Below, piece by piece: positions 29,614 through 39,259 of a stretch of DNA of 64,000 bases (its first letter is position 1; each line of letters begins with the position of its first letter). The DNA comes from Gammaproteobacteria bacterium (GTDB taxonomy: Bacteria; Pseudomonadota; Gammaproteobacteria; Steroidobacterales; Foliamicaceae). A program made the translations under genes and the position numbers. Below the pieces are notes generated by a model. That model saw only the letters and a list, made by a program, of their open reading frames with translations. It was not told the origin of the DNA and ran no database searches. The stretch spans positions 129,814-193,813 of the forward strand of contig OY762933.1 in NCBI GenBank assembly GCA_963666765.1. The letters are read 5' to 3'.

Positions 29614-29784
29614 CGCAATGTCCTTGCAGGGCCAAGGGCAGGGAATTGCCCATCGTCCCGGGTGAATTGAGAGCGCATTCTAGGTGGGCCGGCAATCCTT
29701 TACAAACCCCAATGCGCGTGCGACCATGCGGAAAGCCTCAGGGACGCGCAGGCTGCATTATCACTACCTTGGGGAAATCGGGCG

Positions 29785-31617
29785 ATGTCATCATCCAACT
29801 GGAAATTCTTCCGCGGTGCACGCCGATTTGTCGTGTCAGCCGTGTTGATCATGTCGCTCGGCGCCGATTGGGCGCTAGGCGCACCCGCAATTCCGGGCAC
29901 GGCCACGCTCACCGGAACGGTATCGGCCGAAACGCCGTTCACCGCGGCGCAGGTTTATGCCAAGAACCTCGACCGGAACATGCTGTACACGGTGTTTACC
30001 CACAACGGAAAGTACCGCGCTCCCAACCTGTTGCCCGGCGGCTACCGGATCTGGGCCGAGAAAGACGGCCTGACGTCGCGGCACGAGATGCTGAGGATCC
30101 AGGGCGAGGGTGATATCGAGCTTGACCTCGCGATGGCCCCGGGACCGGACAATCCGCTGACCCTGAAGGACAGTTCCAAGCCGGGGCCGCAGTTCGGCGG
30201 CGTCGGCGGCGACGCGCAGCTGGTTTCCTATGACGAAATGTATCCGCCCGGGCCGGGCAGGGACCTGGCCGAGCCTTCCTGCCTGACCTGCCACGGCCAT
30301 TCCTTCCTGCCGGCGCACCGCATGGGACGTCCGCAGTGGCACGCCATGGTCGGCCTCATGATGGATCCCAGCGGGCCGTTCGCCGATCCCGATTCGGCCC
30401 GCAGCATTACCGACGAGGAGCACGACATCCTCGCGGATTACCTGACGGACAACTTCGGCCCGGACAGCCCGGCCAGGGTATTGCGCCTGGACGTCGAATA
30501 TCCGCTGGACGAAGAAACGCTGGCCTCGGCCATGTTCATCGAGTATCTGACTCCCCTGCATCCGGGTGCCGACCTGTCCCTGAGGTCCGCCAACGAGCCC
30601 TTCAAGCATCGCCTGCACCGGCCGATGATCGACAACGACGGGAATATCTGGGGTTCGAACAGCCTGATCGGCTTGAGCCGCGTCGATCCGCGCACAGGGC
30701 AGTGGAGCCACTTTCCCATCGGCTATGACGAGAACAATCCCGAAACGGACATGTACGGCAAGAAGAAGGGTGATCCGGATTCGGTCTGGTCGTACATCTT
30801 TCCGCATGACCTGACCATAGACCGCAACGGCCATGTGTTCTGGGCGGAGTTCCAGGGGCAGCACCTGGGGCGGCTCGACCCCGAGACAGGGAAGATCGAC
30901 CGCTACCCGATGGATCCCGAAGGCGTGGTGGTGGACGAGCGGGGCGTGGTGGGCAACATCCGCGGCCACAGCCCGCACATGGCCGAAAACGGCGACGTGT
31001 GGTTCACCGCGATTCGCGGCAACAAGCTCGGCAAATGGGACCACGAGACCGGAGGCATCACGCTGTGGGAAATTCCCACGCCGCACTCCTTCCCGTACGG
31101 AATTGAAGTGGACCAGCAGGGCTTCGTCTGGTTTGCCGAGCTGTTCGGCTGCGCCGTCGCCAGTTTCGATCCGGAAACCGAAGAATTCACGGAATACCCG
31201 TCGCTGATGAAGCCGTGCGCGATCAACCGTCTGGCGGCGGACTCGAAAGGCACGATCTGGTACTCGGTGATCAGTTCCGGAAGACTGGGCCGGCTGGATC
31301 CGGTGACCGGGGAGCAAACGGAATACGACGTCCTGCCCTTTACCCCGGTCAAGGCATCAATGCCCTACGGCATCGTGGCCGATCAGGATGACAAGATCTG
31401 GTTCGGGGATGGCGGACTGGGCGGCGCCCTGGTCCGGTTCGACCCGGACACGGAAGCCTTCACCTATTTCCCGGAGCCCCGCCAGGCCGACAATCCCAAC
31501 CTGGACGTCACCCGGGAAGGCGCCATCATTTTCTCGACCCGCTCAAACAACCAGGCGGCGCTGGGAATCTTCTATCCCGACGTCTCGAAGATGACCGGCT
31601 ACGGCGCCTACCGCTGA
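29785..31617 (+). CDS. secreted Ig-like + CXXCH + Vgb-like beta-propeller protein (paralog C, divergent)
   Basis: 610 aa. Sec-type signal. CLTCH at 30280..30294. Blades such as WFTAIRGNKLGKWDHETGGITLWEIPTPHSFPYGIEVDQQGFVWFAE. Same architecture as paralogs A and B. Confidence 0.8.
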   Translation: MSSSNWKFFRGARRFVVSAVLIMSLGADWALGAPAIPGTATLTGTVSAETPFTAAQVYAKNLDRNMLYTVFTHNGKYRAPNLLPGGYRIWAEKDGLTSRHEMLRIQGEGDIELDLAMAPGPDNPLTLKDSSKPGPQFGGVGGDAQLVSYDEMYPPGPGRDLAEPSCLTCHGHSFLPAHRMGRPQWHAMVGLMMDPSGPFADPDSARSITDEEHDILADYLTDNFGPDSPARVLRLDVEYPLDEETLASAMFIEYLTPLHPGADLSLRSANEPFKHRLHRPMIDNDGNIWGSNSLIGLSRVDPRTGQWSHFPIGYDENNPETDMYGKKKGDPDSVWSYIFPHDLTIDRNGHVFWAEFQGQHLGRLDPETGKIDRYPMDPEGVVVDERGVVGNIRGHSPHMAENGDVWFTAIRGNKLGKWDHETGGITLWEIPTPHSFPYGIEVDQQGFVWFAELFGCAVASFDPETEEFTEYPSLMKPCAINRLAADSKGTIWYSVISSGRLGRLDPVTGEQTEYDVLPFTPVKASMPYGIVADQDDKIWFGDGGLGGALVRFDPDTEAFTYFPEPRQADNPNLDVTREGAIIFSTRSNNQAALGIFYPDVSKMTGYGAYR

Positions 31618-31638
31618 TTCAACCTCACAAGGCGACTG

Positions 31639-34014
31639 TCAGAACTCGAAGCTGGTCCGTATGCCGTACGAAGGCCTTGGGAGCAGACCCGCCATCATCA
31701 TCCGGGCAAAGGGGCCGCTGAGCCCGGAAAGATCGGGGAACAGCTGGAGATTGGTATAGCCTTCTTCCTTGAGCACGTTGGTGCCGTACAGTTCTATCCG
31801 CCAGGCGTCCATTTCCATGCCCACCCTGAGATTCAGGGTCGCGAATGACGGGGTTTCGGTAACGTTGGCGTTGGTCATCCAGGTGTTTCCCCGATAGATC
31901 ACGTCGCTTCGCGCGAACCAGTCGCGCCCCGACGGCAGTTGGTCCTGATAGGTAAGCGATAGCGTGCCGCTGGTCTCGGGATACCGTGAAAAGGCGTTGT
32001 CCAGGCCATCGATAGTGCGGTCGCCGAACAGGTTCAGCGCGTCCGGACTCTCGAAGTCCTTGATCTCGGACTTGTTGTAGCCGAAAGTCCCGTCGACGAC
32101 CAGGTTCTCCGAAAGAAGCACTGTGCCCTGCAATTCAAGGCCGGACAGCTTGGCCACGCCGCCGGTCGCGTTGACCTGAACACTGTCGGATTCACCGGCG
32201 GCATTGATGTACGTGATGATTTCCGGAGCGATGACATTATCCCAGTCCGAGAAATAAACGGCCGCGCTAATCTGGACCCGGTCGTTCCACAAGAAAGTCT
32301 TTATGCCGAACTCAATGTTCGTAATCTCCTCCTCCTCGACGAAAATCCCGCCGCCTCCGGCAGCGGCAATCTGGTCCAGCTCACCCTGAGTGAGCTGGAG
32401 GAGCCCGGCGTTGAACTGGCCCGGGTTGGTACCCTGTGCAAAAGTTGCATACAAGGTTGTGCCTTCCCTGGGCTTCCAGTCCAGAATCACGCGTGGCGTG
32501 AAGCTCTTGAACGTATTCTCCAGCGGTGTGCTGCCGACCGTGCCCTCAATGACTTTGTCGCGCTGATGACGCGCCTCGACATTGAGCGTGAACTGGTCAT
32601 TGATGTCGTAACTGGCGGCGGCAAAGACAGCCGATGTTTGCGGGTCGAAGGTGCTCACATTGGGATTCGGATTCGGCTGTCTTCCCCAAAGTGCGGAGAA
32701 GCCCTGGAGTCTGGCCTCGATCTCCGTGTAACTCACGCCGGCGATCCAGCGCAGCCGCTGGTCGGCGGCGGAACTGAGGCGAAACTCCTGACTGAAGTCC
32801 TTGTTCGAAGTCAGGGACATGCTGTACGAATCCGCCGATGAGGGTGCGACCAGGTAGTTGCCGATCAGGCCCGCTGTCGGACGACGATCGAAGTCCTCGA
32901 AACTCACGTACTCGTTCTCGTGCGCGGCGGTGATCGATGAGAGTGTCAGACCGTTGGCGAATTCATAGTCCAGCACCAGACTGATTTCGTGGGCGTTGCG
33001 TTCCAGGCCGAACTCGCGCGGCACGTCAAAAATGAAGGCGCGCCTGATCGTATCGTTGAAAAACGTTGCCTGAAGTTCCGGAGTCAGGGTTGTGTCCATG
33101 CCGATATTCCCGTGGCCCAGAAACGGCACCTCGCCACACAGCCACGCGCCCCCGCCGGCCCCACGGCCGGATAGCATGCAGTTGAACAATTCTGGGTTGT
33201 CCGCGATGTTGACTGCCGCGCTGGCCGACGGACCGTCGTCATCCTTCCACTGGTGGAATCTGAACTTGGCGCTGAAATTGTCGGTCGGAGTCGCAAACAA
33301 CGACAGCGCAATGTCTCTTGTGGACTCGGCGCCTAGCCGCTGTGTTGCATTGGCGGAGTTGCGGTACTCGCCGTCGGTCTCGTACTGGCGGGCGCTCAAT
33401 CGAAACGAAAGCTTGCCTGCTACAAGCGGCCCTTCGATTTGCCCACCCATATCGGAGGTGCCGAACCGGGCCACCTCGGCCGAAATCCTGCCGGCCCACT
33501 CGCTGCTCGGCGTCTTGGTGACGGCGTTGATTGCGCCGGAAAACGTCGAGCGTCCGAAATAAGCGCTCTGCGGGCCCTTGATTACTTCGATTCGCTCGTA
33601 GTTTTCCGTGCTGCCAATCTCGGATCCGAGTATCGGAGCGCCGTCTATGAACACGGTTGCGCCTTGGCGGGTCTGCCGGTCGGTCCGCGGGTTCATGCCC
33701 CGAAAGATAAGACGGCGATTGAAGCGACCGCCCCTGCCGACCGAGTGCTCCGAATAGTGAAAGCCTGGGGAGAAATCAACAATATCGGGTAATTCATCCA
33801 GCGCCATGGTCTCGATGTCGCTGGCACCGAACGCCGTAACCGTCAGCGGCACCTCGAACAGCGACTCTTCGCGTTTGCGCGAAGTAACGATGATCTCTTC
33901 GATGAACAGTTCATTCTGGGCGCCGGCATCCTGCGCGGTGGCGACAGGCGCGAGCACTGGTGCGGAAAGAAGCAGTGCGAATGTGAACGGGACGGTGATA
34001 CGGGACTTGGTCAT
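31639..34014 (-). CDS. TonB-dependent receptor
   Basis: ATG 34014 gives MTKSRITVPFTFALLLSAPVLAPVATAQD. Plug motif EEIIVTSRKREESLFEVPLTVTAF. Terminal ...IRTSFEF. Confidence 0.92.
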   Translation of the reverse strand: MTKSRITVPFTFALLLSAPVLAPVATAQDAGAQNELFIEEIIVTSRKREESLFEVPLTVTAFGASDIETMALDELPDIVDFSPGFHYSEHSVGRGGRFNRRLIFRGMNPRTDRQTRQGATVFIDGAPILGSEIGSTENYERIEVIKGPQSAYFGRSTFSGAINAVTKTPSSEWAGRISAEVARFGTSDMGGQIEGPLVAGKLSFRLSARQYETDGEYRNSANATQRLGAESTRDIALSLFATPTDNFSAKFRFHQWKDDDGPSASAAVNIADNPELFNCMLSGRGAGGGAWLCGEVPFLGHGNIGMDTTLTPELQATFFNDTIRRAFIFDVPREFGLERNAHEISLVLDYEFANGLTLSSITAAHENEYVSFEDFDRRPTAGLIGNYLVAPSSADSYSMSLTSNKDFSQEFRLSSAADQRLRWIAGVSYTEIEARLQGFSALWGRQPNPNPNVSTFDPQTSAVFAAASYDINDQFTLNVEARHQRDKVIEGTVGSTPLENTFKSFTPRVILDWKPREGTTLYATFAQGTNPGQFNAGLLQLTQGELDQIAAAGGGGIFVEEEEITNIEFGIKTFLWNDRVQISAAVYFSDWDNVIAPEIITYINAAGESDSVQVNATGGVAKLSGLELQGTVLLSENLVVDGTFGYNKSEIKDFESPDALNLFGDRTIDGLDNAFSRYPETSGTLSLTYQDQLPSGRDWFARSDVIYRGNTWMTNANVTETPSFATLNLRVGMEMDAWRIELYGTNVLKEEGYTNLQLFPDLSGLSGPFARMMMAGLLPRPSYGIRTSFEF

Positions 34015-34138
34015 GGCAGACCCTCCGGCGGCGACTGGGCCGCGGTGCGCAGCGCAAGTCGCAAGGCCTCGGGCAAATCTGTCACAACCCGGTCCGGCAC
34101 TTCCTGAGGGGCCGCCGGAAAAAGAAGCCACACATTTA

Positions 34139-34173
34139 CAACAAGTTGCCGTCGAGAAATTCGCAGCTTGTTG
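34139..34173. promoter_or_regulatory. candidate operator: 11-nt inverted repeat upstream of the TonB-dependent receptor
   Basis: CAACAAGTTGC (34139..34149), 13-nt spacer, GCAGCTTGTTG (34163..34173). 10 of 11 positions are complementary. It lies about 125-160 nt upstream of the receptor start codon. Confidence 0.35.
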
Positions 34174-34249
34174 AAAGTGCCTCCATCCTAGCTGGACTTA
34201 CCAATTGTTACAAGTCAAGGTTAGTCCGCACCAGGCAAGGCTGGGCTGA

Positions 34250-35461
34250 CTAGCCGTTCCAGCGGAAGATGCGTGCCGTTGCTCCGGCGGGGAATTGAGT
34301 GCGACCTGCGGGAAGCTGGGCGAAGCCGTCGGTCTGGGCGATTGAAGCGAAGTCTCCCGAAGTATTTGTCTGGCGCGGTTGAGCGAGCAACTGCCCGTCC
34401 TTGCTGGTGGAAAACCGTGCCGGGAGGAACCAGGTCAATGCAGGTTTGAAGGAGACGGCTTTGGTAAGCGTGGCATAACAAGCGCTGGCGGGACGGGCGC
34501 CCTGGGCCTTGCCGAGAGCGGGGATGACGTAGCGGCGCAGGCAGACCAGGCTGGAGACGGGATTTCCCGGCAGGCCGAAGATGGGTTTTTCGCCGTGCAT
34601 GCCGAACCACAGGGGGAAGCCGGGGCGTTGGCGCACGCGATGGAGCGCCGGCCTTGCGCCCATTTCGGTCAGGACACCGGGCACAAAGTCCCGGGCGCCC
34701 TTCGAAACGCCGCCGCTCAAGATCATCGCGTCGCTCTCCGACAGGGCTTTGCGTATACGTTCCGCGAGCGCTTCCGGATCGTCGGGCGCATGCATGGCCG
34801 CGACCCTGCCGAATCCGTGGCGCTTGAGCAGCGCCGACATGGCGGGGCCGTTGCTGGAGCGCACCTGCCAGCCTTCGGGACGCGTGTCCAGCCCGACGAG
34901 TTCGTCGCCGGTGGACACCAGGGCGATGCGGGGGTCCGGGGCGACGCGTGGCCGCGCCACGCCGTTCGCGCTCAACAGCGCCATCTCCACTCCACCGATG
35001 CGCTGGCCCTCCTTCAGGAGCAGGGCGCCGGCCCGGCGGTCCGACCCTTGTCTGTGGATGAACTGGCCCCGTTTCGGACGGTAGCCGTCGTCCATGCGTA
35101 TTCCGCCATTCGTATCGACGAGCCTCTCCACGGGAACGACCGTGTCGGCGCCCTCGGGAATCGCCGCGCCGGTCGCGATTCGCCATGCCACGCCCGCGCC
35201 TGACAGGGCGCCGGGGGCCTGGCCGGCGCTTTGCACTCTCTCGACCGGGAATTCCCTCTGTCCGGACGACCAGGAGCGCCAGACCATGGCAATGCCATCC
35301 ATGGTGGCGCGGTCGTAGGGCGGCAGGTCGCGTTCCGCGAGTACGTTCTGACGAAGGATGCGGCCGGCTGCGGCGTCAAGCGCAAGCGGCTCGGCCGGCC
35401 AGGTTGGCACGGTCTGCAGGACAAGGCGCTCGGCCTGGGCGACGGAAAGCTCGGTTTGCAT
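34250..35461 (-). CDS. moeA: molybdopterin molybdotransferase
   Basis: 403 aa. Typical MoeA layout (...DLPPYDRATMDGIA..., ISGGVSKGARDFV, FGLPGNPVSS). Confidence 0.9.
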   Translation of the reverse strand: MQTELSVAQAERLVLQTVPTWPAEPLALDAAAGRILRQNVLAERDLPPYDRATMDGIAMVWRSWSSGQREFPVERVQSAGQAPGALSGAGVAWRIATGAAIPEGADTVVPVERLVDTNGGIRMDDGYRPKRGQFIHRQGSDRRAGALLLKEGQRIGGVEMALLSANGVARPRVAPDPRIALVSTGDELVGLDTRPEGWQVRSSNGPAMSALLKRHGFGRVAAMHAPDDPEALAERIRKALSESDAMILSGGVSKGARDFVPGVLTEMGARPALHRVRQRPGFPLWFGMHGEKPIFGLPGNPVSSLVCLRRYVIPALGKAQGARPASACYATLTKAVSFKPALTWFLPARFSTSKDGQLLAQPRQTNTSGDFASIAQTDGFAQLPAGRTQFPAGATARIFRWNG

Positions 35462-35476
35462 CAGCGTGTAGGTTAC

Positions 35477-35533
35477 CCCTTGGGAACGAGGACGTCCCGT
35501 CCTCGGCGAGGGCGGGAGCCCTCGTTCCTAGGG
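35477..35533. repeat. REP-like element (copy 4)
   Basis: GGGAACGAGGACGTCCCGTCCTCGGCGAGGGCGGGAGCCCTCGTTCC: two inner hairpins nested in an outer GGGAACGAGG/CCTCGTTCC stem. Spans the MFS stop codon. Confidence 0.7.
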
Positions 35534-36790
35534 AAGATTGCGAGCAGCCATGGCCTTGCGGTAGATGGGCAGCAGGCGCCACAGGAAGAACAGGCCCAGC
35601 AGGCCGCTGATCCCCCCGACAATCGCCATCGAGTAGTGCAGCTTCAGATCATTGGCGAACACAAAGTCCGTGATCAGCGCCACCGATGTGCTTCCGAAGC
35701 CCATGCTCACGAGGGCCACGATGAACAGGTAGATCGCGCTGGTCTGCGCGCGCATGGATGGCGGCGTGAACAGTTGCAGCGTTATCACCGCAAGGGGAAA
35801 TACCCAGCTTCCGAAGAACAGCAAGGGTGCGTACATGGCCAGCGAGTAATTGGCATCGGCAATAAGCGGAGTCACCGCGGCCGTCGGCACGAGCAAAATC
35901 GTGGCCATTATGGCCGAGCGGATGGTTCCGCCGCGATCGCCCTGACGGTGGAGGTAATCGGCATGCAGGCCGCCGACTATGGATCCGATGCAACCGAACG
36001 TGCCTACCACAAGGCCCAGCCTGAGTCCCACCGTGGCCCGCGGCATTTCGTGGATCCGAATGAAGTACTCCGCGCCCCACACCAGGACCGCGTTGAAGAG
36101 CAGCGAGAGCATGCAGAACGCGGAAACCAGGTTGCCGTAAATCGCAATGTTCTTTTTCAGGAATTCAATCAGTTGGGGTATTGGAACGCCGCCTTCGACG
36201 GCGCCCAGGCGGGCGGGTTCGCGGAAGGTAAGGCAGAGCAGGGCGATCACCAGGCCCGGCAGGCCCACGATCACCAGCGTTGCCCGCCAGGCGGACAGTT
36301 CTCCGAGCAGCGGAAATTCTAGCGGCGGGCCCTGTTCCAGCGTGCCCACCAGCCAGCCGCCCAGTATCACGCTCAGTCCGTAGCCCACGAACAGGCCGGT
36401 CTGGTAGGCGCCGATCGCCCGGCCGACCTTCTTGCGCGGGAACAGGTCGGTAATCAGCGAGAAAGCCGCGGGCGCCAGCGCGGCTTCACCCACGCCTACG
36501 CCCACGCGCGCCAGGAACAGGGAACCGAAACTCCGCGCCAGCCCGCAGAGCGCGGTCATCAGGCTCCAGAGGGCAATGCCGGCAGCCACGATGTTGCGGC
36601 GGTTCGAACGGTCGGCCAGCCGTGCGATGGGTATGCCCATCGTGCAGTAGAAAAGGGCAAAGGCGATGCCCTGCAGGAGGCTGAACTGGGTGTCGCTCAG
36701 ATTCAGGTCGGCCCGTATCGGTCCCACCATCAGGCCGATGATCCATCGGTCGATCAGCGCAAAGGTGTACGCCAGGGTGAGCAAAATCAC
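35528..36790 (-). CDS. MFS transporter (paralog 1)
   Basis: 420 aa from GTG. Colinear with 37851..39149 (LIDRWIIGLMVGPIRADLNLSDTQFSLLQG vs FIDRSVLGLMVGPIRAELGISDTQFSLLQG). The frame stays open upstream, so the true start is uncertain. Confidence 0.85.
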   Translation of the reverse strand: MILLTLAYTFALIDRWIIGLMVGPIRADLNLSDTQFSLLQGIAFALFYCTMGIPIARLADRSNRRNIVAAGIALWSLMTALCGLARSFGSLFLARVGVGVGEAALAPAAFSLITDLFPRKKVGRAIGAYQTGLFVGYGLSVILGGWLVGTLEQGPPLEFPLLGELSAWRATLVIVGLPGLVIALLCLTFREPARLGAVEGGVPIPQLIEFLKKNIAIYGNLVSAFCMLSLLFNAVLVWGAEYFIRIHEMPRATVGLRLGLVVGTFGCIGSIVGGLHADYLHRQGDRGGTIRSAIMATILLVPTAAVTPLIADANYSLAMYAPLLFFGSWVFPLAVITLQLFTPPSMRAQTSAIYLFIVALVSMGFGSTSVALITDFVFANDLKLHYSMAIVGGISGLLGLFFLWRLLPIYRKAMAARNLP

Positions 36791-36868
36791 CGCGTACCAG
36801 GCACCGTATCTATTCAGCCTGTCGATTTGTTTGGCCTCCCTCCGGTTTAGCCGCGTAGCTTACGCCAT

Positions 36869-37077
36869 CCCCGGGAGCGAGGGCGTTCGGTGCGCGGCGA
36901 TTCGATCCCGCCCCTCTTCGCCCCCTTCTTCCGCGAGACGCATGGATCCATCCATGGAGCTCGGTTCCGCCATCCATGGCTCACACGCTCCCGGAAGAAG
37001 GGGGCGAAGAGGGGCTACGGCCGGGCGAGAGGGCATCCCGCCTTCGCGGAGGGCGGTACGCCTTCCTTCCTGGGAGG
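36869..37077. repeat. composite REP/MITE-like element with a 24-bp perfect inverted repeat
   Basis: REP-type units at both ends (CCCCGGGAGCGAGGGCG...; ...GCGGAGGGCGGTACGCCTTCC). They flank perfectly complementary arms at 36910..36933 and 36992..37015. The 58-nt loop carries CCATCCATGG twice (36948..36957, 36970..36979). Confidence 0.7.
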
Positions 37078-37854
37078 CTATTCGGAAAATTGGAGGAGGA
37101 CGCCGGGAGCCTGGACAGTCAGTTTGATCGCGTCGCGCTGGTACAGCTTGCCGGCCGCGGCGAGCGTGTCAGCGGTCTGATCTAGGCTGCGGGTTTGCAG
37201 GTGCAGGGTGGTAAAGCCGCTGGAATCGTCTTCAGCCTGCCTGATTTCCAGGTATTCCGGCGCGTCCGCGCGGCTCAGCGGCCTGAACCGGCGCTCGGCA
37301 TCGCCCGTGTCGGTGGCGTGCAGCGTCATGCCGGTCAGCTCGACCGCGCCATTGGGATGCGCGTTCATTTCCTGCCAGAACACCAGTTCCGGCGTCAGGT
37401 GCTGCACGTAGCCGCACAGCGCTTCGGGAAAGCTCTCGGACGGCAGCGCCAGCCAGCGAAAGCGCGCCACAGCGCCGTCGGCATAGTGCAGCGCCCGGCT
37501 GGCCTCGCCCACGGGCGTGGGCTCCTGTCCGGCAGTTACCGCCTGCTGCCGGATCGCGCCGATATCCGCGGCGCGAAGGATCAGGATGCGAATGGCCGGA
37601 TCGTCCTCCAGCCAGGCGGCCAGGTGGTGGTCGGGCCCGGGCCGCGTGACCTCGCTCAGTTCCACGTAGGTCGAGCCGAAGATGAAATGCGCACTCTGCT
37701 GGCCGAGGCTTCGTTCGCTGCCGTCGGGAGCCGAGCCCATCAGCTCTACGGGGTCGGTAACCCGAAAGCCCAGCGCCCGGAACGCAGCCACGGTGCCGTG
37801 AATGTCCGGCCCCACCAGGCCGACGTGATCGATATCGAGCGCGATCCGCGTCAA
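37078..37854 (-). CDS. VOC/glyoxalase-like domain protein
   Basis: I prefer TTG 37854, which gives (M)TRIALDIDHVGLVGPDIHGTVAAFRALGF. It overlaps the upstream MFS stop as TTGA. The track ORF extends to 37926. Confidence 0.65.
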   Translation of the reverse strand: MTRIALDIDHVGLVGPDIHGTVAAFRALGFRVTDPVELMGSAPDGSERSLGQQSAHFIFGSTYVELSEVTRPGPDHHLAAWLEDDPAIRILILRAADIGAIRQQAVTAGQEPTPVGEASRALHYADGAVARFRWLALPSESFPEALCGYVQHLTPELVFWQEMNAHPNGAVELTGMTLHATDTGDAERRFRPLSRADAPEYLEIRQAEDDSSGFTTLHLQTRSLDQTADTLAAAGKLYQRDAIKLTVQAPGVLLQFSE

Positions 37855-39149
37855 GAAGCGCTCTCGGCGGCGATCTGCCGTTCGCGTTCGTCCATGCCAC
37901 GACGGTAAATCGACAGCAGGCGCCATAGCAGCAACAAGCTCAAGGCACCGCTCAGGGCGGCGGTTATGGCGATGGAATAATGGAGCATGCCGTCATCGTG
38001 AAACACGAAGTCGGTGATCAGCGCGACGGCGGTGCCGCCGAAGCCGATCCCTGTCAGGTTAACCACGAACAGGTACACAGCCGAGAACTGTGCGCGCATA
38101 TTCGGCGGCGAGAAGAGCTGGAGCGCGGTGGTGGCCGGCGCGAACACCCAGCTTGAAAAGAACATCAGCGGCGCCAGCAGCACCAGCGACAATTCGCCGC
38201 TGGGCATCAGGGTGGCGGCGGCGCCCAGGGGCAGCGCGATGGAGGCGGCCAGCAGCGCCGAGCGGATTGCTCCGCCATTGTCGCCGCGGCGCTTGAGCCA
38301 GTCGGTGTGAAGGCCGCCGCAAATGATCCCGAAACCGCCGAAGAATGTGACGATCAGTCCGATGTACCAGCCGGCGTCGCCCCGGCTCATCTCGTGGATC
38401 CGGATCAGGTATTCGCCGAACCAGGCCATGACCGCATTGAACAGCAGCGTCAGCATCGAAAACGCGCCGAAGTGCAGCACGTAAAGGCTCGCGTTCTGTC
38501 CGAAAAAGGCGCTCACCTGGCTCAAGGGCACGCCGCCGGTTCTGACGCCAAGCCGCTTTGGTTCCCGGAAGGTAAAACAGAGCGCGGCGATGGCCAGGCC
38601 CGGGAGGCCAAGGATGATCAGCGTCAGCCGCCAGGGCGTGAGCTCGCCCAGGACCGGCAGCGTCACCGTATCCAGCATCCCGATCAGCTTGCCGACCAGG
38701 ATGAAGCTCAACCCGATGCCGATGAACACGCCGGACGAGTAGATGCCCAGCGCCCGGCCCAGCTTTTCGCGCGGGAAGAGGTCGGCGATCATCGAGTAGG
38801 CGGCCGGCGAAAGCGCCGCTTCGCCCACGCCCACGCCCACGCGGGCCAGGAACATTGCGCCGAAGGTGCGCATCAGGCCGCAAAGGGCCGTCATCAGGCT
38901 CCAGACGGCGATTCCCGCGGAGATGATATTACGGCGGCTGGCACGGTCCGCCAGCCAGGCGATGGGGATTCCCAGCAGCGTATAGAAGATCGCGAACGCG
39001 AAGCCCTGGAGAAGGCTGAACTGGGTGTCGCTGATGCCCAGTTCGGCCCTTATCGGGCCCACCATCAGGCCCAGCACCGAGCGGTCGATAAACGACAAGG
39101 TGTAGGCGACCGTGAGGACGCCCACGACGTACCAGCTCCTGCGGCTCAT
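37851..39149 (-). CDS. MFS transporter (paralog 2)
   Basis: ATG 39149 gives MSRRSWYVVGVLTVAYTLSFIDR.... The longer track ORF would translate a REP element. Confidence 0.88.
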   Translation of the reverse strand: MSRRSWYVVGVLTVAYTLSFIDRSVLGLMVGPIRAELGISDTQFSLLQGFAFAIFYTLLGIPIAWLADRASRRNIISAGIAVWSLMTALCGLMRTFGAMFLARVGVGVGEAALSPAAYSMIADLFPREKLGRALGIYSSGVFIGIGLSFILVGKLIGMLDTVTLPVLGELTPWRLTLIILGLPGLAIAALCFTFREPKRLGVRTGGVPLSQVSAFFGQNASLYVLHFGAFSMLTLLFNAVMAWFGEYLIRIHEMSRGDAGWYIGLIVTFFGGFGIICGGLHTDWLKRRGDNGGAIRSALLAASIALPLGAAATLMPSGELSLVLLAPLMFFSSWVFAPATTALQLFSPPNMRAQFSAVYLFVVNLTGIGFGGTAVALITDFVFHDDGMLHYSIAITAALSGALSLLLLWRLLSIYRRGMDERERQIAAESAS

Positions 39150-39156
39150 GTTCTGA

Positions 39157-39254
39157 CTGGGAGGAAGAACGTCGCCGCCCCCCTGGGAACGAGGAGGTCT
39201 CGTCCTCGTCGAGGGCGGGACGCCTTCACTCCCGGGAGGGCGGGACGCCCCCCC
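39157..39254. repeat. REP-like element (copy 6, tandem units)
   Basis: CTGGGAACGAGGAGGTCTCGTCCTCGTCGAGGGCGGGACGCCTTCACTCCCGGGAGGGCGGGACGCC. At least two units lie between the TonB-receptor stop and the MFS start. Confidence 0.7.
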
Positions 39255-39259
39255 GTTAA

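Noticed and set aside
35462-35527. A possible Moco riboswitch upstream of moeA
   Set aside because: The 66-nt gap is fully accounted for by a REP-like element and is too short for the ~130-nt Moco RNA motif. I could not recognise its conserved features.
36890-37185. ORFs of 96 and 69 aa inside the composite REP element
   Set aside because: They are translations of palindromic repeat DNA (the same EGGTPS-type peptides appear wherever REP units are translated). No ribosome-binding context is visible.
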